Assembly (NCBI GenBank): GCA_037446575.1
Contig: JBBIII010000003.1
Location: 87,430-151,429 of the forward strand
Direction of reading: 5' to 3'
Length of the DNA stretch: 64,000 nt
Source: Ignavibacteriales bacterium
Lineage (GTDB): Bacteria > Bacteroidota > Ignavibacteria > UBA10030
The position numbers and the translations under genes are program-made. The first letter of the stretch is position 1; each line of letters opens with the position of its first letter. This document shows positions 49,354 to 58,642 of the stretch, in pieces. The notes beneath the pieces were generated by a model. The model saw only the letters and a program-made list of their open reading frames with translations. It was not told the DNA's origin and made no database searches.

Positions 49354-49956
49354 CTAATAATATCTTCTATAGATAGCAATATCTGACAATTTATAGATTA
49401 TTATCTCTCCTTGTAAATTTTTTGGCAAGCTGGGATTTTCGATGTGAACATCTATCCTTTTTTGAAAAGTTCGCGATGCAGATGTAGTATTCGGGTTTTC
49501 TTCTGCAATATAGGTAATTGTACATGAGACTTTAAACCATTCTAGTCGATCATCCCAAACCCATCGTTTGTACCACCTGTGGTAGTCATCAACATCATCG
49601 AATTTACGTTGAGATTGGAAAATATAAACGCGAGATGAGTCAATTATGCCATTAGCTCCGCTAATTCCTGTAATTGTTTCATTTACACCATCCGCACCAA
49701 AAAATTGGGATAGCGTCATCCCGGACGCATTCATTACTCGTCTTGTAGTGCCATCTGGAAGCGGCGTAACATTTTCGTCAAAATATCTATTGATTATTTC
49801 ATCCAACAGCGCTTGTCCGATAGAAAGGGCATTTAGGTTGGCTTCCATCTCCAATCCCGTAGTCGCTGTGCCTATCATTGTTGCGTTAATTGCTAACGTA
49901 ACTGTAGCAAGAAGCGCAAATGCCGCAATTACAAGCATTGTTTGACCAGTATTCAT
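49354..49956 (-). CDS. pseudopilin-like protein, PilV/GspI-like (cassette B, gene 1)
   Basis: 200 aa. MNTG|QTMLVIAAFALLATVTLAINA N-terminus. Acidic FDDVDDY block. C-terminal ASRTFQKRIDV shared with 52289..52810. Confidence 0.35.
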   Translation of the reverse strand: MNTGQTMLVIAAFALLATVTLAINATMIGTATTGLEMEANLNALSIGQALLDEIINRYFDENVTPLPDGTTRRVMNASGMTLSQFFGADGVNETITGISGANGIIDSSRVYIFQSQRKFDDVDDYHRWYKRWVWDDRLEWFKVSCTITYIAEENPNTTSASRTFQKRIDVHIENPSLPKNLQGEIIIYKLSDIAIYRRYY

Positions 49957-50345
49957 ATATTTTCTTTATGCCTAAATTCTATATACTAGTGTAAAAATAT
50001 TCAAAATAATAAACTCGCAACAATCAAACTTTTTATATTACACTAAAACATTGAGGAATTGCATAAATCATTCCACAAATATATTTGAATATTAAACTTG
50101 ATTAAACTTGATTTTCCTTATTTTATAATTAGTACACTAGAAAATTCTACAAAACTCGGAGTGTCAGTTGCTTCTGAAATATTAAACAATGGAAACCACA
50201 GATTTTAGCTCTCGGCTAAAAATTAAAACATCATCCGTGGTATGTGTCTGCGGATATTTATCCGATTTTTAAGAAGTCTCTTTTAGCTGATTTCGTGAGT
50301 TCCTTAACCACCTCAGTTTATATACTGGTTTATTTTTTTAAATTT

Positions 50346-51632
50346 TTACCTATAGTCTTCCCAAACGTCAGCATATTTTGAAGTAATGCGACTATACCAA
50401 GAAAGGATTCTAAATCTTTCTCTTTGTGGATAACCGGGCGGGAAATCATTTGCCATTCTGTTATCAAACCTATAGTTCTTATGGAATCCATCCGAAATAG
50501 TACCACCAGATATTACACCTACTGGCTCCCTATTTCTTTGCTGGATACCGCCTAATATAGTTAATTGACCGCAATATCCTCTTGTACTATAATCTACAGC
50601 CTTTACACCACCGTTACGACACATGATTGTGGCATGGATAGTAACGCCTCTTGAAGCAACTCTATTATTTGAATTATTTGATATGAACACATTATTTTCA
50701 GCTACAATGCCTAACATATCTGTACTTAACGGATTAACAAGTGGATTGCTGTTATATACAACTGATGAGTCAATATATACATTTCCTTTTGCAAGTCCCG
50801 AACTGCCGGTTGCACATATAGTCATTCTACCAGATACTGTTCCTTTTATATAAAGATTGCCATTTTGTACATGCAAAATACCGTTAGTGGCAAAATTTGA
50901 TATTGAAGTAAATATTGTCGGTGTACCGCCCCAACTTCCCTGGCGCACAACTACATTTCCATTAGCTAAAAATTGTAAGTAAATGTCTGTGTTAGAATAT
51001 ACTCTTCCGGCGCTTGATGCTGCCGTTGTAAGAGGATTGATGTTAGCGGGCAGACTTATATCGACTCCTTCTCGGTAAGTATCAAAAAATTGTGGGTGAT
51101 AATTACTACCGCCATTATTTTGTAATCCATTTCTTGATGTTACCCTTCCCATAAAAACTGGTGAGCCAATTATGCTTATCCTTTGCTGTGTATGCAGTGG
51201 TCCCCAACAAGTGTCGCCTGTTGTCCAATTAATATTATTTTCAATTTCGCTGTAAAATGCATACTCTGAAAATCTTCCAATTGTTAGGACTACAGTAGTA
51301 GATTCTTTTGCCGCTCCATAAATACCTTGAGTACGAATGGTAACTCTTCTTGCTGAATTAACTATCGTTCGGGCAAGACTCCATTCCAAAGAGCCAGTTT
51401 CTCCGCTGTTATCAATTGATATGCTATTAGTAGTTGGCGTCCAGCCAGTATCTATTGATATCATACCAACCGCATAATTAAGACCGCTCGCTGTAACGTT
51501 ACGAGCTCTTTGATACTCTAAATATTTTACATAATTTCTAAATGATTGATTTGTTATTTTGTTAAGGTTTATTCCCAAAAAAACAAAAATAAAATTGAAC
51601 CCTATTACCATTAACAAAGTATTCTTACCCAT
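50346..51632 (-). CDS. pseudopilin-like protein, PilX/GspK-like (cassette A, gene 3)
   Basis: 428 aa. MG|KNTLLMVIGFNFIFVFLG anchor, then the helix YQRARNVTASGLNYAVGMI. Gly-repeat beta-rich C-domain (GNLYIKG, GNVYIDSS, GQLTILGGI) and terminal FRILSWY. Strong AAGGAG Shine-Dalgarno. Confidence 0.4.
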   Translation of the reverse strand: MGKNTLLMVIGFNFIFVFLGINLNKITNQSFRNYVKYLEYQRARNVTASGLNYAVGMISIDTGWTPTTNSISIDNSGETGSLEWSLARTIVNSARRVTIRTQGIYGAAKESTTVVLTIGRFSEYAFYSEIENNINWTTGDTCWGPLHTQQRISIIGSPVFMGRVTSRNGLQNNGGSNYHPQFFDTYREGVDISLPANINPLTTAASSAGRVYSNTDIYLQFLANGNVVVRQGSWGGTPTIFTSISNFATNGILHVQNGNLYIKGTVSGRMTICATGSSGLAKGNVYIDSSVVYNSNPLVNPLSTDMLGIVAENNVFISNNSNNRVASRGVTIHATIMCRNGGVKAVDYSTRGYCGQLTILGGIQQRNREPVGVISGGTISDGFHKNYRFDNRMANDFPPGYPQRERFRILSWYSRITSKYADVWEDYR

Positions 51633-51655
51633 ATTTTATTACTCCTTATATCTTA

Positions 51656-52285
51656 TTAACTATTTTGCATCATTTTAGATACAAGGCGCATTTGTCTCCA
51701 ATATACTTTATAATGCGTCGTATCATCCATGAAATCTTGATGAGGAACTGGATTTTCTAAACTAACTGATAATTGAATAATATGTATTCCACCAGGATTT
51801 GGAACTGGAAATTGTCTAATTTCTCTTTCAGTGGCATTAAAATATTTAAATCTAAATTCAGTCAGTCCTAAATAGATTCTTATAGGTAAGCCGGTATTAA
51901 TTTGCCTGTAGAGATACCGATCTCGTGGATTTGGTGTGCTCAACAATTCTGATGTTGGACCAATATAATAAGTAATTGTATCCATTTTCCCATCGCTTCT
52001 ACCATGCTGATCGACAATATCTGTTCGAAAACTAATTCTTCCCGTGTCAGCAAATACTATAGCTTCTCTTAGATTCACATTATTCGCATTAGAAGAATAT
52101 CCTATTCGCGAAAAATCATCTTCTATTATGTTAACGAGAGCCGTTAAGTTAGTTTGCAGATTGAAGCTTGAATAGTAAGCGGTATATCTTTCCATCGAAC
52201 TTTGATTGAGTCTCAAAGCCATCAAGAAAATTAACCCGCCAACAACAAAAGATCCTATTATATCAATTAATGATGAAGTGCCCAT
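51656..52285 (-). CDS. pseudopilin-like protein, PilW/GspJ-like (cassette A, gene 2)
   Basis: 209 aa. MG|TSSLIDIIGSFVVGGLIFLMAL (LIDII resembles LIELM of pilins). Then IEDDFSRIGYSS, YYIGPTSELLSTPNPRDRYLYRQ and LGLTEFRFKYFN. Confidence 0.45.
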   Translation of the reverse strand: MGTSSLIDIIGSFVVGGLIFLMALRLNQSSMERYTAYYSSFNLQTNLTALVNIIEDDFSRIGYSSNANNVNLREAIVFADTGRISFRTDIVDQHGRSDGKMDTITYYIGPTSELLSTPNPRDRYLYRQINTGLPIRIYLGLTEFRFKYFNATEREIRQFPVPNPGGIHIIQLSVSLENPVPHQDFMDDTTHYKVYWRQMRLVSKMMQNS

Positions 52286-52288
52286 AAT

Positions 52289-52810
52289 TTATGGCCTAAA
52301 ATAACTACATATATAAGATATTTTAATTGTATCGCCGCCTGCAAAACCTACATTAGGATCTCCCCTCATCGATCCGGTTGTGAAAACGTCAATTTTTTTA
52401 AAAAATGTTCTTGCCGTGCTTCTAATATTTGGATCTGCAGTGGTTACATAATAAACATTTGCAAATGTTCTGAAAACATCCACGCCAACTACGCTATCTC
52501 TCGCAATTGAGCCATTGAAGTCATCGAAATCATCAAATGTCGAATCAACATGAGCAATTTCTCCGGCATCTACACCAAGCACAGAGGATAAATCGTTAAC
52601 AGTAGTGGCTCCAGAAGTTGTTAGAATTTCATCAAATAATTTTGCCGCCGCTAATTCAATTCGCGATGAGGCAACTGATACAGCAGCAATACCGATTTCA
52701 GTTTGTCGTAATATAGCACCATAATGTATATGACTTCGATTTACCGTAAGCACAGTTGTACCAAGTAGCGCAAGCGCTCCGGTAACAAGAAGCATTTGTC
52801 CCGTATTCAT
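52289..52810 (-). CDS. pseudopilin-like protein, PilV/GspI-like (cassette A, gene 1)
   Basis: 173 aa. MNTG|QMLLVTGALALLGTTVLTVN. A-rich helix. FDDFDDF block. C-terminal STARTFFKKIDV. Confidence 0.35.
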   Translation of the reverse strand: MNTGQMLLVTGALALLGTTVLTVNRSHIHYGAILRQTEIGIAAVSVASSRIELAAAKLFDEILTTSGATTVNDLSSVLGVDAGEIAHVDSTFDDFDDFNGSIARDSVVGVDVFRTFANVYYVTTADPNIRSTARTFFKKIDVFTTGSMRGDPNVGFAGGDTIKISYICSYFRP

Positions 52811-53028
52811 TTATTTTTTTTCCTTTATTACAACACTTTCCGCCACAATATAAAAGGGATATGCACTTATGGTAAAATAATAACATGATAGATTAAAATT
52901 GTCAAGGAAATTTTTCACCTAAGCAAATATCTTATTTTTTTTATCCAACTAATAGCTTTAAGAATTAAGGTTTCATAAGATAAGTACTATGTATATAGGA
53001 TTTTTCCTATTACCTTACCGAAAATATT

Positions 53029-53562
53029 TTATAGCATTTTCTTTGCTAATGTCCATGCAGCTATCGTCATTCCATCCCATATTTCATTATTAGCGATTTT
53101 CTTATCAATTTCTTCTAATGAAAGATTGAATTTTTCGAATTCTTCTGTTTCATCCGGAATAGAATCGACTGGTTTAAGCTGGGACGCGATATATACGCGG
53201 CAAATTTCATTAGTAACGCCATTATATGGATTAAATTCTCCTATAAATTGCATTTTTCCTGCGGAAAAGCCAGTTTCTTCGCAAAGTTCATGTTTAGCAG
53301 TATCTTCGTATGTTTGACCATCTTTAACACCACCGCAGGGAAATTCTAAGCTCTCTCTATTATTCAAATACCTATATTGCTTAACCATTAGAAATTTTCC
53401 ATCATCTAACGCCGGAATTATCATACTTGCCCCATTTGTATAAACATAATGATATTCTCCCTTCTTTCCATTCGGCAATTCAGTTTCGTCCTTCTTATAT
53501 ATCCACCATGGATTCTTAAAAAGAATTTCTTCAGATATTTTTTTCCATTTTCTTAGATGCAT
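53029..53562 (-). CDS. NUDIX hydrolase (ADP-ribose pyrophosphatase-like)
   Basis: Nudix box GGVKDGQTYEDTAKHELCEETGF. Confidence 0.75.
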   Translation of the reverse strand: MHLRKWKKISEEILFKNPWWIYKKDETELPNGKKGEYHYVYTNGASMIIPALDDGKFLMVKQYRYLNNRESLEFPCGGVKDGQTYEDTAKHELCEETGFSAGKMQFIGEFNPYNGVTNEICRVYIASQLKPVDSIPDETEEFEKFNLSLEEIDKKIANNEIWDGMTIAAWTLAKKML

Positions 53563-53620
53563 TATAGATTTTTTTGGAGAGAATAATAATAATGAAACTA
53601 TCCTCTTTAGAATAATTTTT

Positions 53621-54043
53621 CTATTGAACCAATTCAGATTCTGAAAAGAAGAATGCTATTTCTTTTTTCGCGTTTTCTATAGAATCTGAACCATGCACAA
53701 TGTTTTGTACTTTACTATCAGCGTATAATTTTCTTATGGTTCCGGCTGCGGCTTCATTAGGGTCTGTTGTGCCTATTATATTCCGAAATTCAGCTACTGC
53801 ATTTTCTCTTTCTAAAGCAACAGGTATTGACGGTCCGCTTGTCATAAATTTTATCAAACCCTCATAAAATGGATACCCTTTGTGCACAGCATAAAATGCT
53901 TCAGCTACTTCTCGCGTAAGATGTATTTGCTTTAATGCTAATATTTTGAAACCATCATTTTCAATCCGCAATAATACTTCTCCTTGTAAATTCTTACGAA
54001 CACAATCAGGTTTTAGTATAGCTAATGTTCGTTCAACTGCCAT
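53621..54043 (-). CDS. ndk: nucleoside diphosphate kinase
   Basis: [10 protein letters not shown]...NIVHGSDS includes the active-site His. Confidence 0.9.
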   Translation of the reverse strand: MAVERTLAILKPDCVRKNLQGEVLLRIENDGFKILALKQIHLTREVAEAFYAVHKGYPFYEGLIKFMTSGPSIPVALERENAVAEFRNIIGTTDPNEAAAGTIRKLYADSKVQNIVHGSDSIENAKKEIAFFFSESELVQ

Positions 54044-54180
54044 TTATATTATTTCTCCTTTCAATTCCACAAACGTCAGAATATTTTTTTTGAATTTATA
54101 GTTACATTTTCTTCATAAGTTTCCAAGACAATAAGAAAGACTGCTTTTTGCACTTCTTCTCTATAAGTTATTCTTCCTTT

Positions 54181-55170
54181 TTACTTTTTACTTCTTACAT
54201 TTTTTTTTGATTTATTTCTTTTTACTCCTCGTTCTTTATTTTTTACTTTTGATTTTTTTCTTTTGAGTTTAAACTTTTTCAGAACTCTATCCACAGTCTC
54301 ACCAATAATTGCAGGACTATCAACAACAATAATTCCTGCTTTGCGCATTGCTTTCATTTTTTCCGATGCAGTTCCTTTACCTCCGGAAATTATTGCCCCG
54401 GCATGCCCCATCCTTCTTCCTGGGGGCGCTGTTTGGCCTGCTATAAACCCAACAACAGGTTTTTTTACAAACTTCTCAACGTACTCTGCCGCTTCTTCTT
54501 CTGCATTTCCTCCAATTTCACCTATCATTACTATTGCATCCGTATTTTTATCTTTATTGAAAAGCTTTATAGCGTCAATGAACCTTGTACCAATAATCGG
54601 ATCACCACCAATACCAATACAAGTAGATTGTCCTATTCCGCGTTGAGTAAGTTGAGATACAGCTTCATAAGTTAATGTTCCGCTTCTTGAAATAATTCCA
54701 ATTCTTCCCGGCAAATGGATATAACCCGGCATTATTCCTATTTTAGCAATCCCTGGTGTTATAATTCCTGGGCAATTAGGACCAATCAACCTTACATTTT
54801 GCTTTAATGTGTATTCATATACTTTCACCATATCTTTTGTTGGAATACCTTCTGTAATTGCAACAATTAATTCTATGCCTGCATCCGCCGCTTCCATAAT
54901 TGCATCTGCCGCAAATGTAGCGGGCACAAAAATTACAGATGTGTTCGCTTTTTGCTTTTCAACTGCTTCTTGAACAGTATTGTACACATTCACCGGATGA
55001 GGCAATTGATCTTTTTCATTGCCAGAATATTGCGTTCCGCCTTTTCCGGGTGTTACGCCGGCAACTACACGTGTTCCGTATTCCATCATTTGCTTTGTAT
55101 GGAATGTCCCTTCACTGCCAGTAATTCCTTGCACAACAAGTCGTGTCCTTTTATCAACGAGAATACTCAT
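54181..55170 (-). CDS. sucD: succinyl-CoA synthetase alpha subunit with lysine-rich C-terminal tail
   Basis: CoA-binding N-terminus ([21 protein letters not shown]). Phosphohistidine loop region. About 35 extra C-terminal residues ([32 protein letters not shown]). No sucC adjacent. Confidence 0.85.
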   Translation of the reverse strand: MSILVDKRTRLVVQGITGSEGTFHTKQMMEYGTRVVAGVTPGKGGTQYSGNEKDQLPHPVNVYNTVQEAVEKQKANTSVIFVPATFAADAIMEAADAGIELIVAITEGIPTKDMVKVYEYTLKQNVRLIGPNCPGIITPGIAKIGIMPGYIHLPGRIGIISRSGTLTYEAVSQLTQRGIGQSTCIGIGGDPIIGTRFIDAIKLFNKDKNTDAIVMIGEIGGNAEEEAAEYVEKFVKKPVVGFIAGQTAPPGRRMGHAGAIISGGKGTASEKMKAMRKAGIIVVDSPAIIGETVDRVLKKFKLKRKKSKVKNKERGVKRNKSKKNVRSKK

Positions 55171-55198
55171 ATTTTATTCCTCTCCATTGATTATACAA

Positions 55199-56614
55199 TT
55201 AATTAACTGTCTCAAGAAAATCTGCTACCTTTAAAATAGTTGACTCATCGAATTGCTTGCCGAGCATCTGCACCCCTATTGGCAACCCATGTTGATCTTT
55301 GCCGCAAGGAATACTTATACTCGGTATACCAGCAAGATTTGCCGATGTTGTGTAAATATCGGAGAGATACATCAATAAAGGATCGTTCACTTTTTCATCT
55401 GCTTTAAATGCAGTTGTTGGAGTAACCGGAGCTATCAAACAATCAACTTGTGAAAATGCCTTATCGAAATCTTCTTTAATCAAACGGCGCACCTTCTGTC
55501 CTTTTCGATAATATGCCTCATAATACCCGGCAGATAGGACATAAGTCCCTAACATTATTCGCCGCTTAACTTCGGTTCCAAGTCCTTCACTGCGAGATTT
55601 TACATGCATTTCAGAAAGATTGGATGTTTTTTCTGAACGATATCCATATCTTGCTCCATCGAAGCGAGCCAAATTAGACGACGCTTCAGCTGTTGATAAT
55701 ATATAATAAGATGCAATTGTGTATTCTGTATGCGGAAGATTTATTTCTTTTATTATGGCTCCATTATTTCTTAAATCATCTAATTTTTTTTCAATTGCTT
55801 GTCGTATTTCAAGATCAAGAGCTTCGCCAAAATATTCTTTTGGTATGCCGACTCTCAATCCTTTTATATCTTTTGTTAAATGTGAAATATAATTTGGTGT
55901 TGGAATTTTTGCAGAAGTAGAATCATTCGGATCGTATCCTGCAATCACTTGCAAAACCGTGGCAGCGTCTTTCGTGGTCAATGCAAGCGGTCCAATTGTA
56001 TCGAATGAGGAGGCATAAGCCACTAAACCATAACGTGAAACTCTGCCATAAGTCGGCTTTAATCCAACAACTCCACAAAATGCGGCTGGTTGACGGATTG
56101 AACCGCCGGTATCCGAGCCAAGTGATGTAGTTGACATTCCTGACTTAACAGCAACAGCCGAGCCGCCGCTCGAACCGCCTGGCACTCGCGTTTCATCCTG
56201 AGGCAGTTTCACTCTGCCATATGCAGAATTTTCCGTAGAAGAACCCATCGAAAATTCATCCATATTATTTTTACCAATAATAACAGCATCTGCATTTTTT
56301 AATCTTCTTACAACTTCTGCATCGTATAGCGAAATGAAATTCTCTAGTATTTTTGAGCCACACGTAATTTTTTCATCTTTAATACAAATAGCATCTTTTA
56401 TAGAAATAACCATGCCGGCTAATGGTCCCGCATTTCCATAATTAAGTTTTTTATCTATAACTTGCGCTTGTTTGATTGCTCTTTCAGGAAAAACGGCAAG
56501 CAAGGCGTGCAAATGCTTCTTTTTCTCAATAGTTGTAAGATAGTCCTGTGTAAGTTTTTCGACCGTAATTTTCCTTGTCGATAGCTCTTCCTTAATTACA
56601 TCGAACGTCTTCAT
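55199..56614 (-). CDS. gatA: Glu-tRNA(Gln)/Asp-tRNA(Asn) amidotransferase subunit A
   Basis: Amidase signature GGSSGGSAVAV plus the Ser-cisSer-Lys triad context. Confidence 0.85.
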   Translation of the reverse strand: MKTFDVIKEELSTRKITVEKLTQDYLTTIEKKKHLHALLAVFPERAIKQAQVIDKKLNYGNAGPLAGMVISIKDAICIKDEKITCGSKILENFISLYDAEVVRRLKNADAVIIGKNNMDEFSMGSSTENSAYGRVKLPQDETRVPGGSSGGSAVAVKSGMSTTSLGSDTGGSIRQPAAFCGVVGLKPTYGRVSRYGLVAYASSFDTIGPLALTTKDAATVLQVIAGYDPNDSTSAKIPTPNYISHLTKDIKGLRVGIPKEYFGEALDLEIRQAIEKKLDDLRNNGAIIKEINLPHTEYTIASYYILSTAEASSNLARFDGARYGYRSEKTSNLSEMHVKSRSEGLGTEVKRRIMLGTYVLSAGYYEAYYRKGQKVRRLIKEDFDKAFSQVDCLIAPVTPTTAFKADEKVNDPLLMYLSDIYTTSANLAGIPSISIPCGKDQHGLPIGVQMLGKQFDESTILKVADFLETVN

Positions 56615-56659
56615 TAATTTTTCTATGTATTAACCGATCGCATTTATCAGCAAGATTTT

Positions 56660-56863
56660 TCAACCCTTGGGCTGCGTATCAGATGTATCGTCTATTTTTT
56701 TGACTTCCTTATTAACTTCTTCTTGAACATCTTTTGCAGCTTTACGGAACTCTTTAATCCCTTGCCCTAATCCACGAGCTAATTCAGGCAATTTTTTTGC
56801 ACCAAAAAAAATTAATACTAAAATCAATATTATTATAAGTTCTTGACCGCCTATTGGACCCAT
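56660..56863 (-). CDS. tatA: twin-arginine translocase subunit TatA/E
   Basis: 67 aa. MGPIGGQELIIILILVLIFFGAKKLPELARGLGQGIKEFRKA. Confidence 0.8.
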   Translation of the reverse strand: MGPIGGQELIIILILVLIFFGAKKLPELARGLGQGIKEFRKAAKDVQEEVNKEVKKIDDTSDTQPKG

Positions 56864-56867
56864 AACA

Positions 56868-57608
56868 TCAACTCCTTTCTTCTGCGTAACGTTCTACAAC
56901 ATTAAGCTGTAAATTTAAAGATTGCATTATTGAATCAAATATTTTTCTTCCATCTGTGTGCTTCAACATTGGATCAGAAGCTCTTTCTGGATGCGGCATC
57001 ATTCCAAGCACATTCCCTTTATTATTTATTATGCCTGCAATATTATTTAATGACCCGTTAAGGTTTGCTTCATCAGTAACATTGCCGTTTTTATCACAAT
57101 AGCGAAATACAACTTGTTGATTATCCTCCAAACTTTTTAATGTATCGGGATCGGTGAAGTAATTACCTTCTCCATGAGCTATTGGAATTTCTAATACTTC
57201 ACCTTGAATACACTGATTGGTGAAGTTGGAGTTAGGATTTTCAACTCGCAAGTGCAAGTACTTGCAAATAAAAAGCAGAGATTGATTCCTGAGTAAGACG
57301 CCTGGCAATAACCCTGCTTCAGTTAAAACTTGAAAACCGTTGCAAATTCCAATTACAAGACCGCCATTATTCGCAAACCGCACAACTTCTTTCATTATAG
57401 GTGAAAACCGAGCAATAGCGCCGCATCTCAAATAATCGCCATAAGAGAATCCACCTGGTAAAATCACGACATCAACATCTCCAATCGAACCCTCTTTATG
57501 CCATATAAGTCGAGCTTCTTGCTGTAATATTGTTTCTGCTACATAAAGTGAATCGTGATCACAATTAGAACCTGGAAATACAACTATGCCAAATTTTGCT
57601 TTAGCCAT
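56868..57608 (-). CDS. purQ: phosphoribosylformylglycinamidine synthase, glutaminase subunit PurQ
   Basis: [19 protein letters not shown]. Class I glutamine amidotransferase with Cys-His-Glu context. Start placed at MAKAK. Confidence 0.85.
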   Translation of the reverse strand: MAKAKFGIVVFPGSNCDHDSLYVAETILQQEARLIWHKEGSIGDVDVVILPGGFSYGDYLRCGAIARFSPIMKEVVRFANNGGLVIGICNGFQVLTEAGLLPGVLLRNQSLLFICKYLHLRVENPNSNFTNQCIQGEVLEIPIAHGEGNYFTDPDTLKSLEDNQQVVFRYCDKNGNVTDEANLNGSLNNIAGIINNKGNVLGMMPHPERASDPMLKHTDGRKIFDSIMQSLNLQLNVVERYAEERS

Positions 57609-57613
57609 TATCT

Positions 57614-57868
57614 TCACTCTTTAATCGGTTCTACTGTAAATGAAAAAACTTCCATAACTAAATTCGCAAGCAGTTTTTCGGAAATTTCTTTTGTGATCCG
57701 TTCCGCATCTTCTTGTTTATCTGCATCAATATCCATTTCTATATATTTTCCAATTCTAACATCGCTGATATTTTCAAAACCGAGCGAATGGATTCCGTGT
57801 TCAACAGCTTTTCCCTGCGGATCAAGAATAGACTTCTTTAATGTTACATATACTTTTGAGTGAAACAT
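57614..57868 (-). CDS. purS: phosphoribosylformylglycinamidine synthase subunit PurS
   Basis: 84 aa. [27 protein letters not shown]. Confidence 0.8.
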   Translation of the reverse strand: MFHSKVYVTLKKSILDPQGKAVEHGIHSLGFENISDVRIGKYIEMDIDADKQEDAERITKEISEKLLANLVMEVFSFTVEPIKE

Positions 57869-57877
57869 TTAATTCTC

Positions 57878-58642
57878 CTATATATCAATTCTTGTTAATT
57901 TTCCCGCCTCTTCGGTTCCATTTTCACTCTTTGCAATAAGATTTTTAAATTTTATAATTATATAACGAACAATTCCAAAAAATATATAGGCAGATAAAAC
58001 TACAAACAGCAATTTACCTACAGAAAAAATCACAACTAACAAACCTGCAATTGCGCCAACAATTTTCCAAGGATGCGCTTTTATTTGTCGTTTTGAAAGT
58101 TTTGGCATTGTATCATATTTTACCCGACTTACCATCAGCAAAGAAAGAATAATAACAAGAACTGTTAAGCCAGAACCAGCCCAACCAGCAAAACCTGTTT
58201 CAACTCCGTAATATTGAAACATATAAGCACATACCGTTATTGCCTGCATTGGTATTGGTAATCCGCTAAAATAGTCCTTATCGAAACCGACTAATTGGAC
58301 ATTGAATCTTGCCAATCGGATAGCGCCAAACACAACAGGCATTGCAGAAATTATAATTCCCAAATTACCTAAATTGTATAGATAAGCTTGATAGATCATA
58401 AACGAAGGGGCGACTCCAAATGAAACTACGTCGGCAAGTGAATCTAATTCAACGCCAAACTGACTTGATGAGCGTGTTATTCGTGCCATAACACCGTCAA
58501 GTGAATCAAAAATAGCCGCAAGTATAATAAACCATGCTGCAGCATAAAAACTTCCTTGGCTTGTATGTATTATGGACAAAAATCCGCAAAAAATATTCAA
58601 AGTTGTAAAAAGACTTGGAACTACTGCACGGGTAATTTTCAT
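57878..58642 (-). CDS. pssA: CDP-diacylglycerol--serine O-phosphatidyltransferase
   Basis: CDP-alcohol phosphatidyltransferase motif DSLDGVMAR...GVELDSLAD. Confidence 0.8.
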   Translation of the reverse strand: MKITRAVVPSLFTTLNIFCGFLSIIHTSQGSFYAAAWFIILAAIFDSLDGVMARITRSSSQFGVELDSLADVVSFGVAPSFMIYQAYLYNLGNLGIIISAMPVVFGAIRLARFNVQLVGFDKDYFSGLPIPMQAITVCAYMFQYYGVETGFAGWAGSGLTVLVIILSLLMVSRVKYDTMPKLSKRQIKAHPWKIVGAIAGLLVVIFSVGKLLFVVLSAYIFFGIVRYIIIKFKNLIAKSENGTEEAGKLTRIDI

